Assembly: GCA_977017645.1 (NCBI GenBank)
Contig: OZ360237.1
Coordinates: 39,060,001 to 39,124,000 of the forward strand
Origin: Torpedo marmorata
Lineage: Eukaryota
Direction of reading: 5' to 3'
DNA length: 64,000 nt
The position numbers and the translations under genes are program-made. Numbering within the stretch: position 1 is the first letter of the stretch; every line of letters starts with the position of its first letter. Shown here piece after piece: positions 1-12,263 of the stretch. Under the pieces are notes generated by a model that had not been told where the DNA came from, did no database searches, and saw only the letters and a list, made by a program, of their open reading frames with translations.

Positions 1-469
1 ATGCCATTGAGTCGCCATTTGTCTGAACCAAAAGATTTGTTTGGATATCCCCAGCTTTTACAATGACCCAATGCTGAAATCAATAAAATCTCTATTTCAT
101 CACAAAATTAACAAAACAAGAAAAAGCACATTCATCTGGTGCATTTAAGGACTTCCTGAAGCATTTTTAACCATTAGCTTGTTTGTTTTTTGAAATATGA
201 TGCTTGTCATAATACCGAAAACATGACAGTCAATGAGTAGAGCAAGCTCCACACAGAGAAATACGACAATGATAAATCACCTTCTGTAAAAAAAATACAT
301 TAAATGAGAAATAAATTTTGACCTGCTCCTCTTGATATTAATTTGAACACATTGAGAAAAAGAACTATCAATAAGTGTGACAAGAGGAAAGAAATAGGAG
401 TAATGTGCAGAGAACAGAAACAAGTTCATGTCAGAGGTTGATGGCTTGACGTGACCAGTTCTGATCCCA

Positions 470-1085
470 GCTAGAAAAGCTGGTTGTCTGAAATGATTGA
501 ATTTAACATTGAGCCTGAGGGTTGTAACAAGACCAGTTGGAAGATGAGATACCATTCCTTCACTTCACACTGGATTTCATTGGAATGGTGTAAAAGGTGA
601 AGAACAAGAAGGGAGGGGACTGGAGAACTAAGGGGACCTGCAGGGTCACAATTACAGACTGAGCAGAGGTGCCCTGCAAAACAAACACTAAATCTTCATT
701 TATTTCTGCAAAGTAATGGAAACCATATTATGAGCACTGAAAGCAGTGCACTGTTTTGAAAGAAGTGCACACGAATCACTGCTTTACAGGGAAGGATTGT
801 GTGGGTCTTTGAATGACAGGAAGGGACAAGCTGAAAGACTGGGTGATAAGCCTCTTGCAGTGGCAATGGGAAGGTGCCTTGAGAAAGGAACAACGACTCC
901 TTTGGAAGGTTGAAAGGGGGAGGGGAGAAGACGAGTCTGGTGCTGAATGTGGAGGAAATGGCACAGATGACCCACTGAATGAATTGGTGGAGTGGCAGGC
1001 GAGGTTGAGGGGGACCTTAGCCTTGCACTGTGGGAGAAGATAGGGGGAGAGCAGAAGTGTGGGAAGTGGAACAGACAACTCATTT
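470..1085 (-). mobile_element. Old, decayed Penelope-like element fragment (linker/GIY-YIG region)
   Basis: Minus-strand translation LNLACHSTNS...SSPLPLSTFQRSR resembles LVLTYHPTS...FPSPPLSAFRRDRS of the young PLE in this window; 490-580 resembles the EEQHLIFRLGTLQPDGINIDF end. Confidence 0.6.
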
Positions 1086-1614
1086 TGATCTCCACACGTA
1101 TTGCCCGACTAGCTACATCCAGTATTTTTGCTTCTATTTTAAATGTGCGTCTGAATCAAAAGCTGTGATTACTAATCAAGCTTCGTACATTAAAAATACA
1201 GCAAGTCAGCAATTATGACCCAAGTTTAAACAAATAAAATTCATTCTCTTGTTCACAAATCCCATCATGGGGCTTTTGATATTAAATTAAAATTTTGAGA
1301 AGAAAATGTTTTGCCAACATTTTCTTTTGAAAGACAAATCAAGCAGAAAAAAATTTGGGGGCAGTTCACCTACCGTATCTCATGGATAATTTACAGGAAT
1401 ATTATTCTGGAATATTGATGGGCATCCTGTCTTTCAGTTTCTACCGGCATATTAATTAGCAGGTTGGAGAAATGGAGAGCACAAGTTAAAAACCAAAGAA
1501 ACTGCAGTTATGTCCAAACAATTACTGTGTAAGTTTATGCAATAGTTCCTATTAACCAGTGCAAAAGTGAAGAAGGCTACCTATGCACCTGAAGATGCAT
1601 CATCAGGACATTAT

Positions 1615-1860
1615 TTTTTAGACATACAGCACGGTAACAGGCCCTTTCGGCCCACAAGCCCGTGCTGCCCAAATTTCCTAATTAACCTACAACACTATTA
1701 ACCTAACCCCACCTTGTACGTTTTGAAGGGTGAGAGGAAACCAGAGCACCATGCAGACATGGGGAGAACGTACAAACCTCTTGCAGACAGCCCTGGATTC
1801 GGACCCGGGTCGCTGGCGTTGTAACAGTGTTGCGCTAACCATGCCGTCCGCACTAACCGT
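1615..1860 (-). mobile_element. tRNA-derived V-SINE (HE1-like)
   Basis: tRNA-like head, V-domain core (ttctccccatgtctgcatggtgctctggtttcctc), tail gggcctgttaccgtgctgtatgtcta shared with other copies. Confidence 0.85.
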
Positions 1861-2954
1861 GAATAATTCAGGCAGCTACCAATGGTTTCTGATGACACCC
1901 ACCAAAGTCCAATTCTTCACTAAATCTAAATTACTAGTGTTTAAAATGAAAGTATTGAAAAGTTGATTTGCAGCCTTAATTTTGTTTCTCTTTCTATATG
2001 TTGATGAATTTCACAACTCCCTTCAAAACCCAACTTTGCAAATGCTTCGGGGAATATGTCAACTCCATAAATACCATTCCAGGACTGCCAAAGATCTGTC
2101 TACACCAATGCAATATGGCATTTTTTGGCACCAACTGAAAATGTTAATAGTTATCTGTCCTTTTATATTAATTATTTTTTCTCTCATGTGTTTGTCGGTG
2201 TATTTTACCTACATGTGTAACTTTAGCAAGCAAGAATTTCATTGCATCTGGACATTACACTTATGTACATGACAAGAAACTCTCATGATTAATTCTCACA
2301 ATGTTCATCTCTTCAGGTACTTCAGTTGACTCAAAATAGTCTTTCTCAACATGCTCTGGAGTATATTCATCAGTACTATCTGTTGAAAAGAGGAATTATT
2401 GTCGCTGGTTTGAGTTCATAACATCACTGCGCAGAAAGTTTGCTCAGTACAGTGCTGATCCTTTCAAGAATGCTGATTCACAAGCCCTGCAATATTACGC
2501 ACTGTGCTATAAGCACATAATTACAATGTCTGCTGGTCCTCAAGGCAAAAAAAAATTCAATCATGCAAACTGAAAGGAAGTTAATTCCAGATAAGATAGG
2601 ACGCAGACATTTGAATTGCAGCAGCTTTATTGAAGTTACAATGCACTGCATTTTAAAACCACTGTCATTCCATGTGAATGTAATTACACTGTAATTGCTT
2701 CTTACTCTTAGCATTTTATCCCAGGACAAAGTAAGACCTACAAGCAGCAACATTCATTAAAACCCTCTTCATAGTTTTGAACCTATGCAATTCACCTCAT
2801 AACAAAGGAAAGGCCATTCTAAGCAATATTCAACAACCAATTGTACTTGGAATATTAACACACTGTAACATTGGATGTTTATATGTTGCAGCAATAAATT
2901 AGGAGCTCGTACATTAATCATCTATGTGGCAAAAAAAAACAGCCAAATTTGCAG

Positions 2955-3095
2955 TGAAACCCGAAAGTCTGCAGACGCTGTGATTGTAGTAAAAACACAA
3001 AAACACTCGAGGAACTCAGAAGGTCTCGCAGCATCCATAGGAGGTAAAGATATATACTGGTACCAATGTTTCGGGCCTGAGCCCTTCTGCAAGCT
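2955..3095 (-). mobile_element. PLE terminal (pLTR) remnant with decayed hammerhead motif
   Basis: aaagtctgcagacgctgtgattgtagtaaaaacac... terminus and minus-strand ttgcagaagggctcaggcccgaaacattgg. Confidence 0.75.
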
Positions 3096-3589
3096 AAATT
3101 TGCAAGTTCTATACCCCGACCACTTCCTCAAACCTATTACCAACTACCTCTCTCTGCACCACACGCTCGCGCGCACACACACACACAACCCATACAAGCT
3201 CACTTTAAACACAGTGAATTGTATTGAAAGGGTTTAGATTACAAGTTCTGAGAAGTTAATACATCAGATTAATGTAGATTAGCAAAGATCACTGCTATGC
3301 GACTTAAAAAGCATGATAGTAGGCCCTTAATAGAGCAGAGCTTAACAGAGATTGGCAACAAATAATTGGTTTGCTAAGTCTGGAGTAAAACTTGAAGTAA
3401 AGAGCTTTGTGGCAAAGGATGACTCTTCCAAGATCGGGGTAAAGTGGAGTTGGGGATCTGCCATGGAAAGGACCAGATTAAAAGTTAGATAAGAAGTTGT
3501 GATGTGGACGAAACAACATAGCATCGGAGCTGGCATAGGATGTTGAATACAAAGCATCCCACATACATTGCATGCATGATCAGGGAGGC

Positions 3590-3838
3590 ACTGACAGTGT
3601 AGCAAACTCGCACAACACTATTACAGCGCCAGCTCCCTGGGCTCAAATCCTGTGCTTTCTGCAAGGAGTTTGCACGTTCTCCCCGTGACCATATGGGTTT
3701 CTGTTGAGTGCTCCGGTTTCCTCCCACATTCCAAAAGATGTACAGGTTAGTAGGTTAATTGGTCACATGGGTGTAATTGGCCGGCGCGGCTCTTGGGCCG
3801 GAAGGGCCTGTGACCGTGATGTATCTCTAAATTTAAAA
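3590..3838 (+). mobile_element. tRNA-derived V-SINE (HE1-like)
   Basis: ggagtttgcacgttctccccgtg...ctccggtttcctcccac core; tail ending tctctaaatttaaa. Confidence 0.85.
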
Positions 3839-4094
3839 AGTATTGCAGAATAGAATTTCAGCAATCTTCACATTACCTGATTTAGCATGTCATGCTCTTC
3901 AAAATGTTTTGGTGGTGCAATAATTTGGAGGCTTGATCAACAGCAGGATAGAAGGTAGACTGCCAAGGAGGTAGCATTAAGTGGGAAGGTACAGCGCAGC
4001 TGGAATGTCCAAGAAGACACAGGGGACTGGACGACTGAGAGATTTAGAACCAAAATGTTTTTGATACGGTTCAAATAACCAAGGATTAAATGAA

Positions 4095-4220
4095 AAAGTA
4101 AACCGCGAAAGTCTGCAGACGCAGTGATTGAAGTAGAAACACAATGCTGGAGAAACTCAGCAGGTCCAACAGTGTACTTTATATAGCAAAGGTAAATATA
4201 CATAACCAACATTTTGGGCG
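4095..4220 (-). mobile_element. PLE terminal remnant, truncated inside the hammerhead motif
   Basis: aagtaaaccgcgaaagtctgcagac...tgctggagaaactcagcagg...cataaccaacattttgggc. Confidence 0.75.
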
Positions 4221-5279
4221 AAGCAGGTCAAACAGCCAAATGAAAAAGACCTAGCACAGGATGAATATCGCCAACAACATTTGAATAGGGAGGACATTCA
4301 GTAAATGGCAATCAAGATTCTTAATTGAAAAGGATTTGGTAAGGACAAGGTGAGGTATTAAATGGGCATTGTTGTGAGAGAGAACAATTGGAAGTAACAG
4401 AAAATTTCTCAACCAACTTGGTCTCGAGGAAGATCTTGAAGGAGGAGACAGGGAGGCAACTGCGCCCGGCGTGACGTTAAACAAAATAGTTCTAAAAGTA
4501 GCAATGACAACATCACGAGGCCTGAAGATGAACTGAGGAGGAAATGCCCAAGAGAGTAATAGGATTGAGCAGTTACAGAATTAATGGGGAGGCCAAACCT
4601 AATGGAGTTAAGAGTGGATGGTGGAAATGTTGATATTGAACAGCGAAGTTTTGAAGAAAGTTGAATTTATAGCATACAGAGGATCAGATGATTTGTTTGA
4701 AGCACACAAAATGTTGGAAAAAATCAGCGTCCATGAAGACGATTTTGGGCCAAAATCAATCATCAGGAATCATCACGATGATTTGTTTCCTTTGTTTCCT
4801 GATTAAACTTGAAAACAACTGAGGCTTTGAATGAAGATTTCATGATGGGGCGAACTGATGGGGCCCTGGGTGGAACCTCTGCGTGAGAGAACCATACGTC
4901 GTCAGAGATGGCTTGCCAGCCGTCAGTTACATAGGATTGGAAACATCCATAAGAACATAAGAACATAAGAAAGTAGGAACAGGAATAGGTCAACTGCCCC
5001 ATCGAGCCTGTTCCGCTATTCAATAAGATCATGGCTGATCTGATCAATGACATAACTCCACCTACCTGCCCTTTCCCCATATCCCCCAATTCCTTTTTTA
5101 TGTAAAAATCTATCCAACTGAACCTTAAATATGCTCAATGAAGCAGCCTCAACCGCTTCCTTGGGTAGAGAATTAGAGAATTCCACAAATTCACCACTCT
5201 CTGGGAAAAACTGTTTTTCCTCATCTCTGTCCTAAATCTACTCCCCCAAATCTTGAGGCTGTGTCCCCTAGTTTTGGTC

Positions 5280-7866
5280 TCACCCGACAGTGAAAAAAAA
5301 CCTTCCTACCTCTATCCTATCCATCCCCTTAATAATTCTATATGTTTCTATAAGATCTCCTCTCATTCTTCTGAACTCGAGCGAGTATAATCCAAGACGA
5401 TTTAATCTTTCATCATAGGTCAACCCCTTCATCTCAGGGATCAACCTAGTAAACCTCATCTGGACAGCCTCCAAGGCCAGTATATCCTTCCTCAAATATG
5501 GAGACCAGAACTGCACACAGTACTCCAGGTGCGGTCTCACCAGTACCTTGTACAGTTGCAACATTACCTCCTTGCTCCTGAATTCAATTCCTCTAGCGAT
5601 GAAGGCCAACATTCCATTTGCCTTCTTAATAACCTGCTGCACCTGTAACCCAACTTTTTACGATTCGTGCACAAGCACTCCCAAGTCCTTCTGCACAACA
5701 GCATGCTGCAGTTTTTCACCATTTAAATAATACTCTGCTCTTTTATTTTTCTTGCCAAAGTGGATAACCTCACACTTACTAACATTGTACTCCAACTGCC
5801 AGACCTTTGCCCACTCACCTAACTTAACTATATCCCTCTGCAGCCTCTCCACATCCTCAGTACAATTTGCTCTTTCACTCAATTTAGTATCATCCGCAAA
5901 CTTGGCTACACCACATTTTGTCCCCTCCTCCAAATCATCAATGTAAATGATGAACAGTTGTGGGCTCAGCACTGACCCCTGCGGCACCCCACTTACCACT
6001 GTCTGCCAATCAGAAAAACACCCATTTATCCTGACTCTCTGCCTCCAACCAATCCTCAATCCATAGCAATATACTTCCCTAGACTCCATTCACCTGTAAC
6101 TTACTGATAAGTCTCTTGTGCGGCACCTTATCAAACGCTTTCTGGAAATCCAAATATACAACATCAACCTGTTCCCCTCTATCTACCGCACCCTTTGTGT
6201 CCTCAAAGAACTCTAACAAGTTTGTCAAACAAGATCTGCCCTTCCTAAACCCATGCTGCGTCTGCCTGATTGAACCCTTTCGTTCTAAATGTCTCACTAT
6301 TTCATCCTTAATGACAGCTTCAAGCATTTTCCCAACTACAGACGTTAAGCTAATTGGCCGATAGTTCCCAGTCTTCTTCCTACATCTCTTCTTAAAAAGT
6401 GGCGTGACATTTGCTGTCTTCCAATCTGCCGGGACCTGCCCAGAATCCAGAGAATTTTGGTATATGACCACCAATGCATCGACTATAACTTCTGCCATTT
6501 CCCTCAGAACCCTGGGATGCATTTCATCAGGACTAGGGGATTTGTCTGGCTTTAGTCCCATTAGTTTGTTCATCACTATCTCCTCAGTAACAACTATTTT
6601 ATCAAGGCCTTCACCAACATTCGCATTCCTATCTCCAATCTTTGGCATGCTGGACGTGTCTTCCACCGTGAAGACTGACACAAAATATTTGTTCAAGGCC
6701 TCGGCCATTTCCTCATTATTCAATATCAATTTCCCCTTCTCATCATCCAAGGGTCCTATGTTAACTCTAGCCACCCTCTTCCGTTTTATATATTTATAAA
6801 AATTTTTGCTATCTGTTTTTATATTTTGTGCCAATTTACCTTCATAATCCTTTCTCCCCTTTCTTATTACCCGCTTTGTTGTCCCTTGTTGTCTTTTAAA
6901 GTTTTCCCAATCTTCCAGTTTCCCATTACTCTTTGCAACTTTGTACACCTGAGCTTTTAATTTTATACTCTCCTTTATTTCCTTAGTTAACCACGGCTGA
7001 CTCTTCCCTCTCTTGCTGCCCTTATTCTTAACTGGAATATATTTTTGTTGAGCATTGTGAAAAATCTCCTTGAAAATCTTCCACTGTTCCTCAACTGTTC
7101 TACCAACTAGCCTGTGCTCCCAGTCCACGCTGACCAATTCCTCCCTCATCCTGTGATAGTCTCCCCTGTTTAAGCATAATACATTAGTTTTAGATCTAAC
7201 TATTTCCCCTTCCATCTGAATGAGAAATTCAATCATACTATGATCGCTATTTCCAAGAGGGTCCCTAACAATTACATCATTTACTCTACCTATCTCATTG
7301 CACAATACTAGATCCAAAATAGCATTCACTCTTGTTGGTTCCTTAACATGCTGCTCAAGAAAGCTATCATGGATGCATTCTATGAAGTCTTCTTCCAGAC
7401 TCCCGCGACCAACTTGATTTTCCCAATCTACGTGGTAGTTAAAGTTCCCCACGACAACTGCCATTCCATTCTTACATGCCTCACTTATCTCTCTGTTTAT
7501 TGCCTGTGACACTGTACTATTGTTATTTGGTGGGCGAGAGACAACACCCACCAGATTTTTCCCCTTTGTTATTCTTAATCTCCACCCAGATGGACTCAAC
7601 ATTATGTTCCTTAGATCTTATATTATCTCTCACTATTCCTTGAACTCATCCTTAATTAAGAGCGCCATACCTCCTCCCTTACCATCCTGTCTATCCTTTC
7701 GCACTACCTGATACCCTTGAAAGTTTAATTCCCAATCATGGTAATCTTGTAGCCATGTTTCTGTGATGGCCACTAAATCATATGCCTGGGTACCGACTTG
7801 CGCCTCAAGTTCACTAACCTTGTTTCTAATATTGCGGGCATTCAGATAAAGTGCCCTTATGCTCAT
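5280..7866 (-). pseudogene. CR1 ORF2 (endonuclease-reverse transcriptase), disrupted
   Basis: Split across ORFs 7633..8019, 6079..7602, 5658..6089, 5280..5642 with canonical APE and RT motifs. Confidence 0.9.
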
Positions 7867-8171
7867 TGACCTTTTAGAATCTAGTGACTTCTGTATCCTT
7901 TGTTCTTGATTTTGATTTTTCTGCCCTCTATTTCTCTTTGTCTTTTTCCTAACACTTTCTTTGGTCTCTGTACCACCTTCCTCATTTTTTCTGTGTAGGT
8001 TCCCATTCCCCTGCCCCACTAGTTTAAACCTTCCCCAACAGCACTAGCAAAAGAATTCCCAAGTACATTTATCCCGCCCCTGCTCAGATGTAGATCGTCT
8101 GGCGTGTATTGGTCCCATCTGCCCCAGAACCGGTTTCAATGCTTCAAGAAACTGAAACCTTCCCTCCAGCA

Positions 8172-8959
8172 TCACTGTTCAAGCCACATATTCATTCTGA
8201 CAATTCTGTTATTTATATTCTCACTAGCTCGTGGTACTGGTAATAATCCTGAGATTATTACTTTTGAGGTCCTACTCCTTAATCTATTTCCTAGCTCCCT
8301 AAATTCAGTTTGTAGGAGCTCATCTCGCATTTTTCCTATATCGTTGGTACCAATATGGGCCACGACAGCTGGCTGTTCACCCTCCCCTTCCAGAATGTCC
8401 TGCAGCCGCTCCGAGACATCCTTGACCCTTGCACCCGGGAGGCAGCGCACCATCCGGGAGTCCTTTTTGCGGCCGCAGAAGCTCCTGTCTGTTCCTCTCA
8501 CCGTAGAGTCCCCTATAACTATTGCTCTACCTGTCTTTTTACTTCCCTCTTTCATAGCTGAGCCACCCACAGAGCCACGATCCTGGCTTCTACTCCTGGT
8601 GGGCCATCTCCCCCAACCATATCTAAAGCAGTATATCTGTTATGGAGTGTGATGACCGCAGGAGACTCCCGCACTACCTTTCTGTTTCTGCTCTTGCTGC
8701 TGGTCATCCAGTCCTTATCTACTTCTGCTCTCTTAAACTGCGGCGTAACCAACTCACTAAATGTCCTATACACCATCATCTTCGCATCCCGGATGCTCCA
8801 AAGTGAGTCTATCCGCAGCTCCAGTGCCGTCATGCGGTCTATCAGCAGTTGTAGCTGTACACACTTTGTGCACACGTAAACCTCAGGGACACTATCAGTC
8901 GTCCTGAGTTCCCACGTGGCACAGGAGGAACATGACACGGGTTGGAGCTCACCTGCCAT
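8172..8959 (-). pseudogene. CR1 ORF1 (zinc finger/leucine zipper + SGNH esterase domain), split by a frameshift
   Basis: ORFs 8552..8959 (CSSC...CTKC, heptad leucines) and 8172..8570 (VIGDSTVRG, CLPGARV, HIGTND). Confidence 0.85.
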
Positions 8960-9932
8960 GTCTGAAACGTGTACAGTTGTTTTGTTAACTAATCAAAGCG
9001 ACAAATTAGAAAGAAGAAACTTACTCCTTGTAAAGTGCCTCAACCTCTCTGCGCCGAAGCCTTTTGAGCCAAAGCCTCAGTGCTCCACTCCTTCCCTGTG
9101 CCACTAACTCACTGGGACGCTCCTTTTGCTTCCCCTCCTTTTATTGGTCCCTTCCAATCTAATCAATTACCCAATTTCTCACTCCAACAAATCAACCCTT
9201 AACTTAACCCTTTGCCCTCCGCGCCCTTTTTAAACTCACGAAAATCGAGCACTCACCAACCACCAGTCGCTCCTCCTCCTCCTCCGACTCTCCCTTGACT
9301 GGAACTGAAACTAAAAGGCATTAAGAGACAGAAAATACTGCCATTCATGCAGGCCAACAATTGCATATGTCCAGAAGAAAGAGAAAACAAAGTATCACAG
9401 TCATATCAGCTGTCACTTGGGATTTTGTTAGGTGAGACCTTTGTGTGGAGCAGTGTGGATATCAAACTGAAGGACTTGTATCGAAACCTAGAGCAAACGC
9501 AAGCACAAGAATTACAAGTTGATAACATTTTCGAGATAGTCAAAGGCACTGTTCATGCAGACATCAAGGTGATGTTAGAGATTACTGCAGAAACAGGCTG
9601 AAAGATCATATTGGAGGGTCAGCAAAGCAGATATATTTCCAACTCAAAGGGTCAAACTCAGACCACAGATATGCTGTCCTGAAGTCAACCACACAACAAT
9701 TGCTGGCGAACACAGTTATATCCTCAAGGATTCATCGATTATTAACAGAGATAAAATTCTGTTCCAGATTAAATGAGTTGGCAAGAAACCCTCTGCTCAA
9801 GAATTAGAGATTTAAGATTTCATACCAACAAGATGGAGAAATCTGGATTAAAGGCACCTCAGCAACAAAAACAGGTATTAAATGATGCAACACTTCTTGA
9901 TTCCTGCTCTGGCGCTGTTGGACCTTGACTAA

Positions 9933-10194
9933 ATTTAAATTAAATTTTAAATTTAGATTTAAATTTGACAAACAGCACAGTAACTTCAGGCCCACGAGCC
10001 TGTGCCGTCCAAATACCCCAATTAACCTACAACCCCCATACCTTTTGAAGGGTGGGAGGAAACCAAAGCACCCGGAGGAAACTCACGAAGACACGAGGAG
10101 AACGTACAAACTCCTTACAGAGAGCGCTAGATTCAAACCTGGGTTGCTGGTGCTGTAATAGCGTTGTGCTAACCGCTACGCTAACCGTGTTGCC
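9933..10194 (-). mobile_element. tRNA-derived V-SINE (HE1-like)
   Basis: Same head/core/tail; (tttaaa)n tail at 9933-9966. Confidence 0.85.
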
Positions 10195-10524
10195 TTAGTT
10201 TTGCAATTTGCTCCAAATCCTGAATCTTCAGACTGAGAAGCAGAAATTTATTGAGCAATGAGATAGCATCATTTCTTCAAGATGTTTAACTGATGTTCAT
10301 CAAAGGAAACACGTTGGTAATATTTGCATTGGCACGCCAGGAAGATCAAGTAGAGTCTTGTTTTTTTTCATTCATTCAAGGGACGTGGGCTTCGCAGGCT
10401 GAGCCAATATTTAACTGCCCTTCTCGAATTGCCCTTGAGAAGGTTGTGGTGAGCTGCCTTCTTGAACTGCTGCAGTCCTCGAGGTTTGGGTGTACTCTCA
10501 ATCCTGTTGGGGTTGTTCAATACT

Positions 10525-11620
10525 GTGCCCCACTCCCATGCTGTCATGTCTGTCCATGGCCTCATGTTCTGTCCAACCAAGACCACCCGTAAATTGGAGA
10601 AGCAACACTTAATTTTCCATCTGGGCACTCTCCAACCAGATGGCATTAACCTCGACTTCTCCGGTTTCTGCAAGCCTACTCTCCGTTCTCCCTTCTGTCC
10701 CATTCCCTTTGTCTTCTTTCCTCCAGCTCTCCACCCGCTTCCCTCTCCATTCACAGAGCCACCCCCCTCACCTTGTTTGCTGGTGGGCCCTCCCTCCCTT
10801 TTTTAAAAAAAATATTTTATTTTAAGATTTTCAACTTTTTCACAATAATACAAAATAATGTAAAATATACATTAAACATCAGTTAAATTCGATACATAGG
10901 AATTTCGTATTACCATGAATCTAACCCCATCTAAACCACCCTTACTAAAACAACCCACCCTCCACCCTTCCCATCCCTTATCCCCCCCCCATACTAGAAC
11001 TAAAAAAGAAAAGAGAAGGGAAAAGAACAATTGAAAATATATCTGTACATATCCATGGCTCGATGCAAGAAATTCAACAATATTCATTCTTCAAATTTAA
11101 ACTTAAGAGAGTCAGCGGGGTCTGGGATGCAGGGCAACATATTTAAATATTCATTCCTGATAATTGGATAAATGGACGCCAAATTTGGAAAAAGAGTCCA
11201 TACTTATTCCTCATATTGTATGTTATTTTTTCCAATGGGATGCAACTCTGCATCTCTGAATTCCATCTACTCATACTCAGATTTGTGTCCGATTTCCAGG
11301 TCACTGCTATACATTTCCTAGCTACTGCTAGTGCAATTTTTATGAATTTTAATTGCCATATGGATAATTTTGTGTCCTCCCTCCCTTATCCACCTATTAC
11401 CTCCTGCCTGTGGGACTGTGCTCCTGCCCCTGCCTCTCACCCCATTTTGTTTGGGCGCCTGCCCACATTTTGTCCATAACTTGATGAAGGGCTCAAGCCC
11501 GAAATGTTGGTGATGTATCTTTATCTTTCCTATCTAAAGTACACTGTCTGACCTGCTGAATTTCTCCAGCATTGTGTTTTTACTTCAACCATGGTGTCTG
11601 CAGACTTTTGTGTTTTACTC
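10525..11620 (+). mobile_element. PLE 3' fragment (GIY-YIG end, 3' UTR, hammerhead, terminus), split by an L1 insertion
   Basis: MSVHGL...RKLEKQHLIFHLGTLQPDGINLDF; ttgatgaagggctcaagcccgaaa at 11481; terminus tctgcagacttttgtgttttact. Confidence 0.85.
10801..11370 (-). mobile_element. L1/Tx1-like 3' fragment with TSD cctccctccctt
   Basis: Poly(A)-signal-like tttatt and T-run at 10801-10822; minus-strand C-terminal L1-like coding remnant; 12-bp direct repeat at 10789-10800 and 11376-11387. Confidence 0.7.
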
Positions 11621-12016
11621 CTGTTGGGGAAAAGGTGTTTGAAAGGGCGATAATATATTTCCAAGTCAAAATGGTGTGTGGTTTTGAGGACAACTTGCAG
11701 GTGGTGACTTTCCCATGTTTTTGATACCCTCATCTTTCAAACTCGTGGAGGTTCTGTGTTTGGAAGGTACTGACTAAGGAATCTTGGTGAGTTGCAGCAG
11801 TGTGCCCTGTACATTATACAAACTGCTGCTCTTTTGCATTGGTGGTGAAGTGGATGAATGTCTGTGGCTGGGGAGCCTATCGAGTTGGCTGCTATATCCT
11901 GTGTGGCGTCGAGCTTCTTGAGTGTTGTTGAAGCTGCACTCATCTTGGAAGGTGGAGAACTTTCCATCACTCTCCTCATTTGCTCCTTGCAGATGGTGGA
12001 CTGGTTTGGGGATGTA

Positions 12017-12263
12017 TTTTAAATTTAGACATACCGCACGGTAACAGGCCCTTCCGGGCCCACGAGCCCATGCCACCCAATTACACACAATTAACCTACA
12101 ATCTCTGGTACATTTTGAAGGGTGGGAGGAAACCGGAGCACCCGGAGGAAACCCACGCAGACATAGAGAACATACAAACTCCTTACAGACAATGCCGGAT
12201 TTGAACCCGGGTCGCTGGCATTGTAACAGCGTTGCGCTAACTGCTACGCGAACCGTGCCGCCC
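12017..12263 (-). mobile_element. tRNA-derived V-SINE (HE1-like), full length
   Basis: Head gggcggcacggttcgcgtagcagttagcgc, B-box-like gggttcaaatcc, V core, tttaaa tail. Confidence 0.9.

Larger units (their letters stand above)
4946..9310 (-). mobile_element. Near full-length CR1-clade LINE (ORF1 zinc finger + SGNH esterase; ORF2 APE + RT), frameshifted
   Basis: 3' tail (ttcttatg)n at 4946-4970; ORF2 motifs YLNARNIRNK, ITETWL, NYRPISLTS, LDFQKAFDKV, GVPQGSVL, KFADD, RPHLEYC; ORF1 CxxC..CxxC and IGDS...HIGTND. Confidence 0.95.

Noticed and set aside
1360-1445. Possible minus-strand exon with gtaggt donor
   Set aside because: Stops in all three frames from the candidate acceptor
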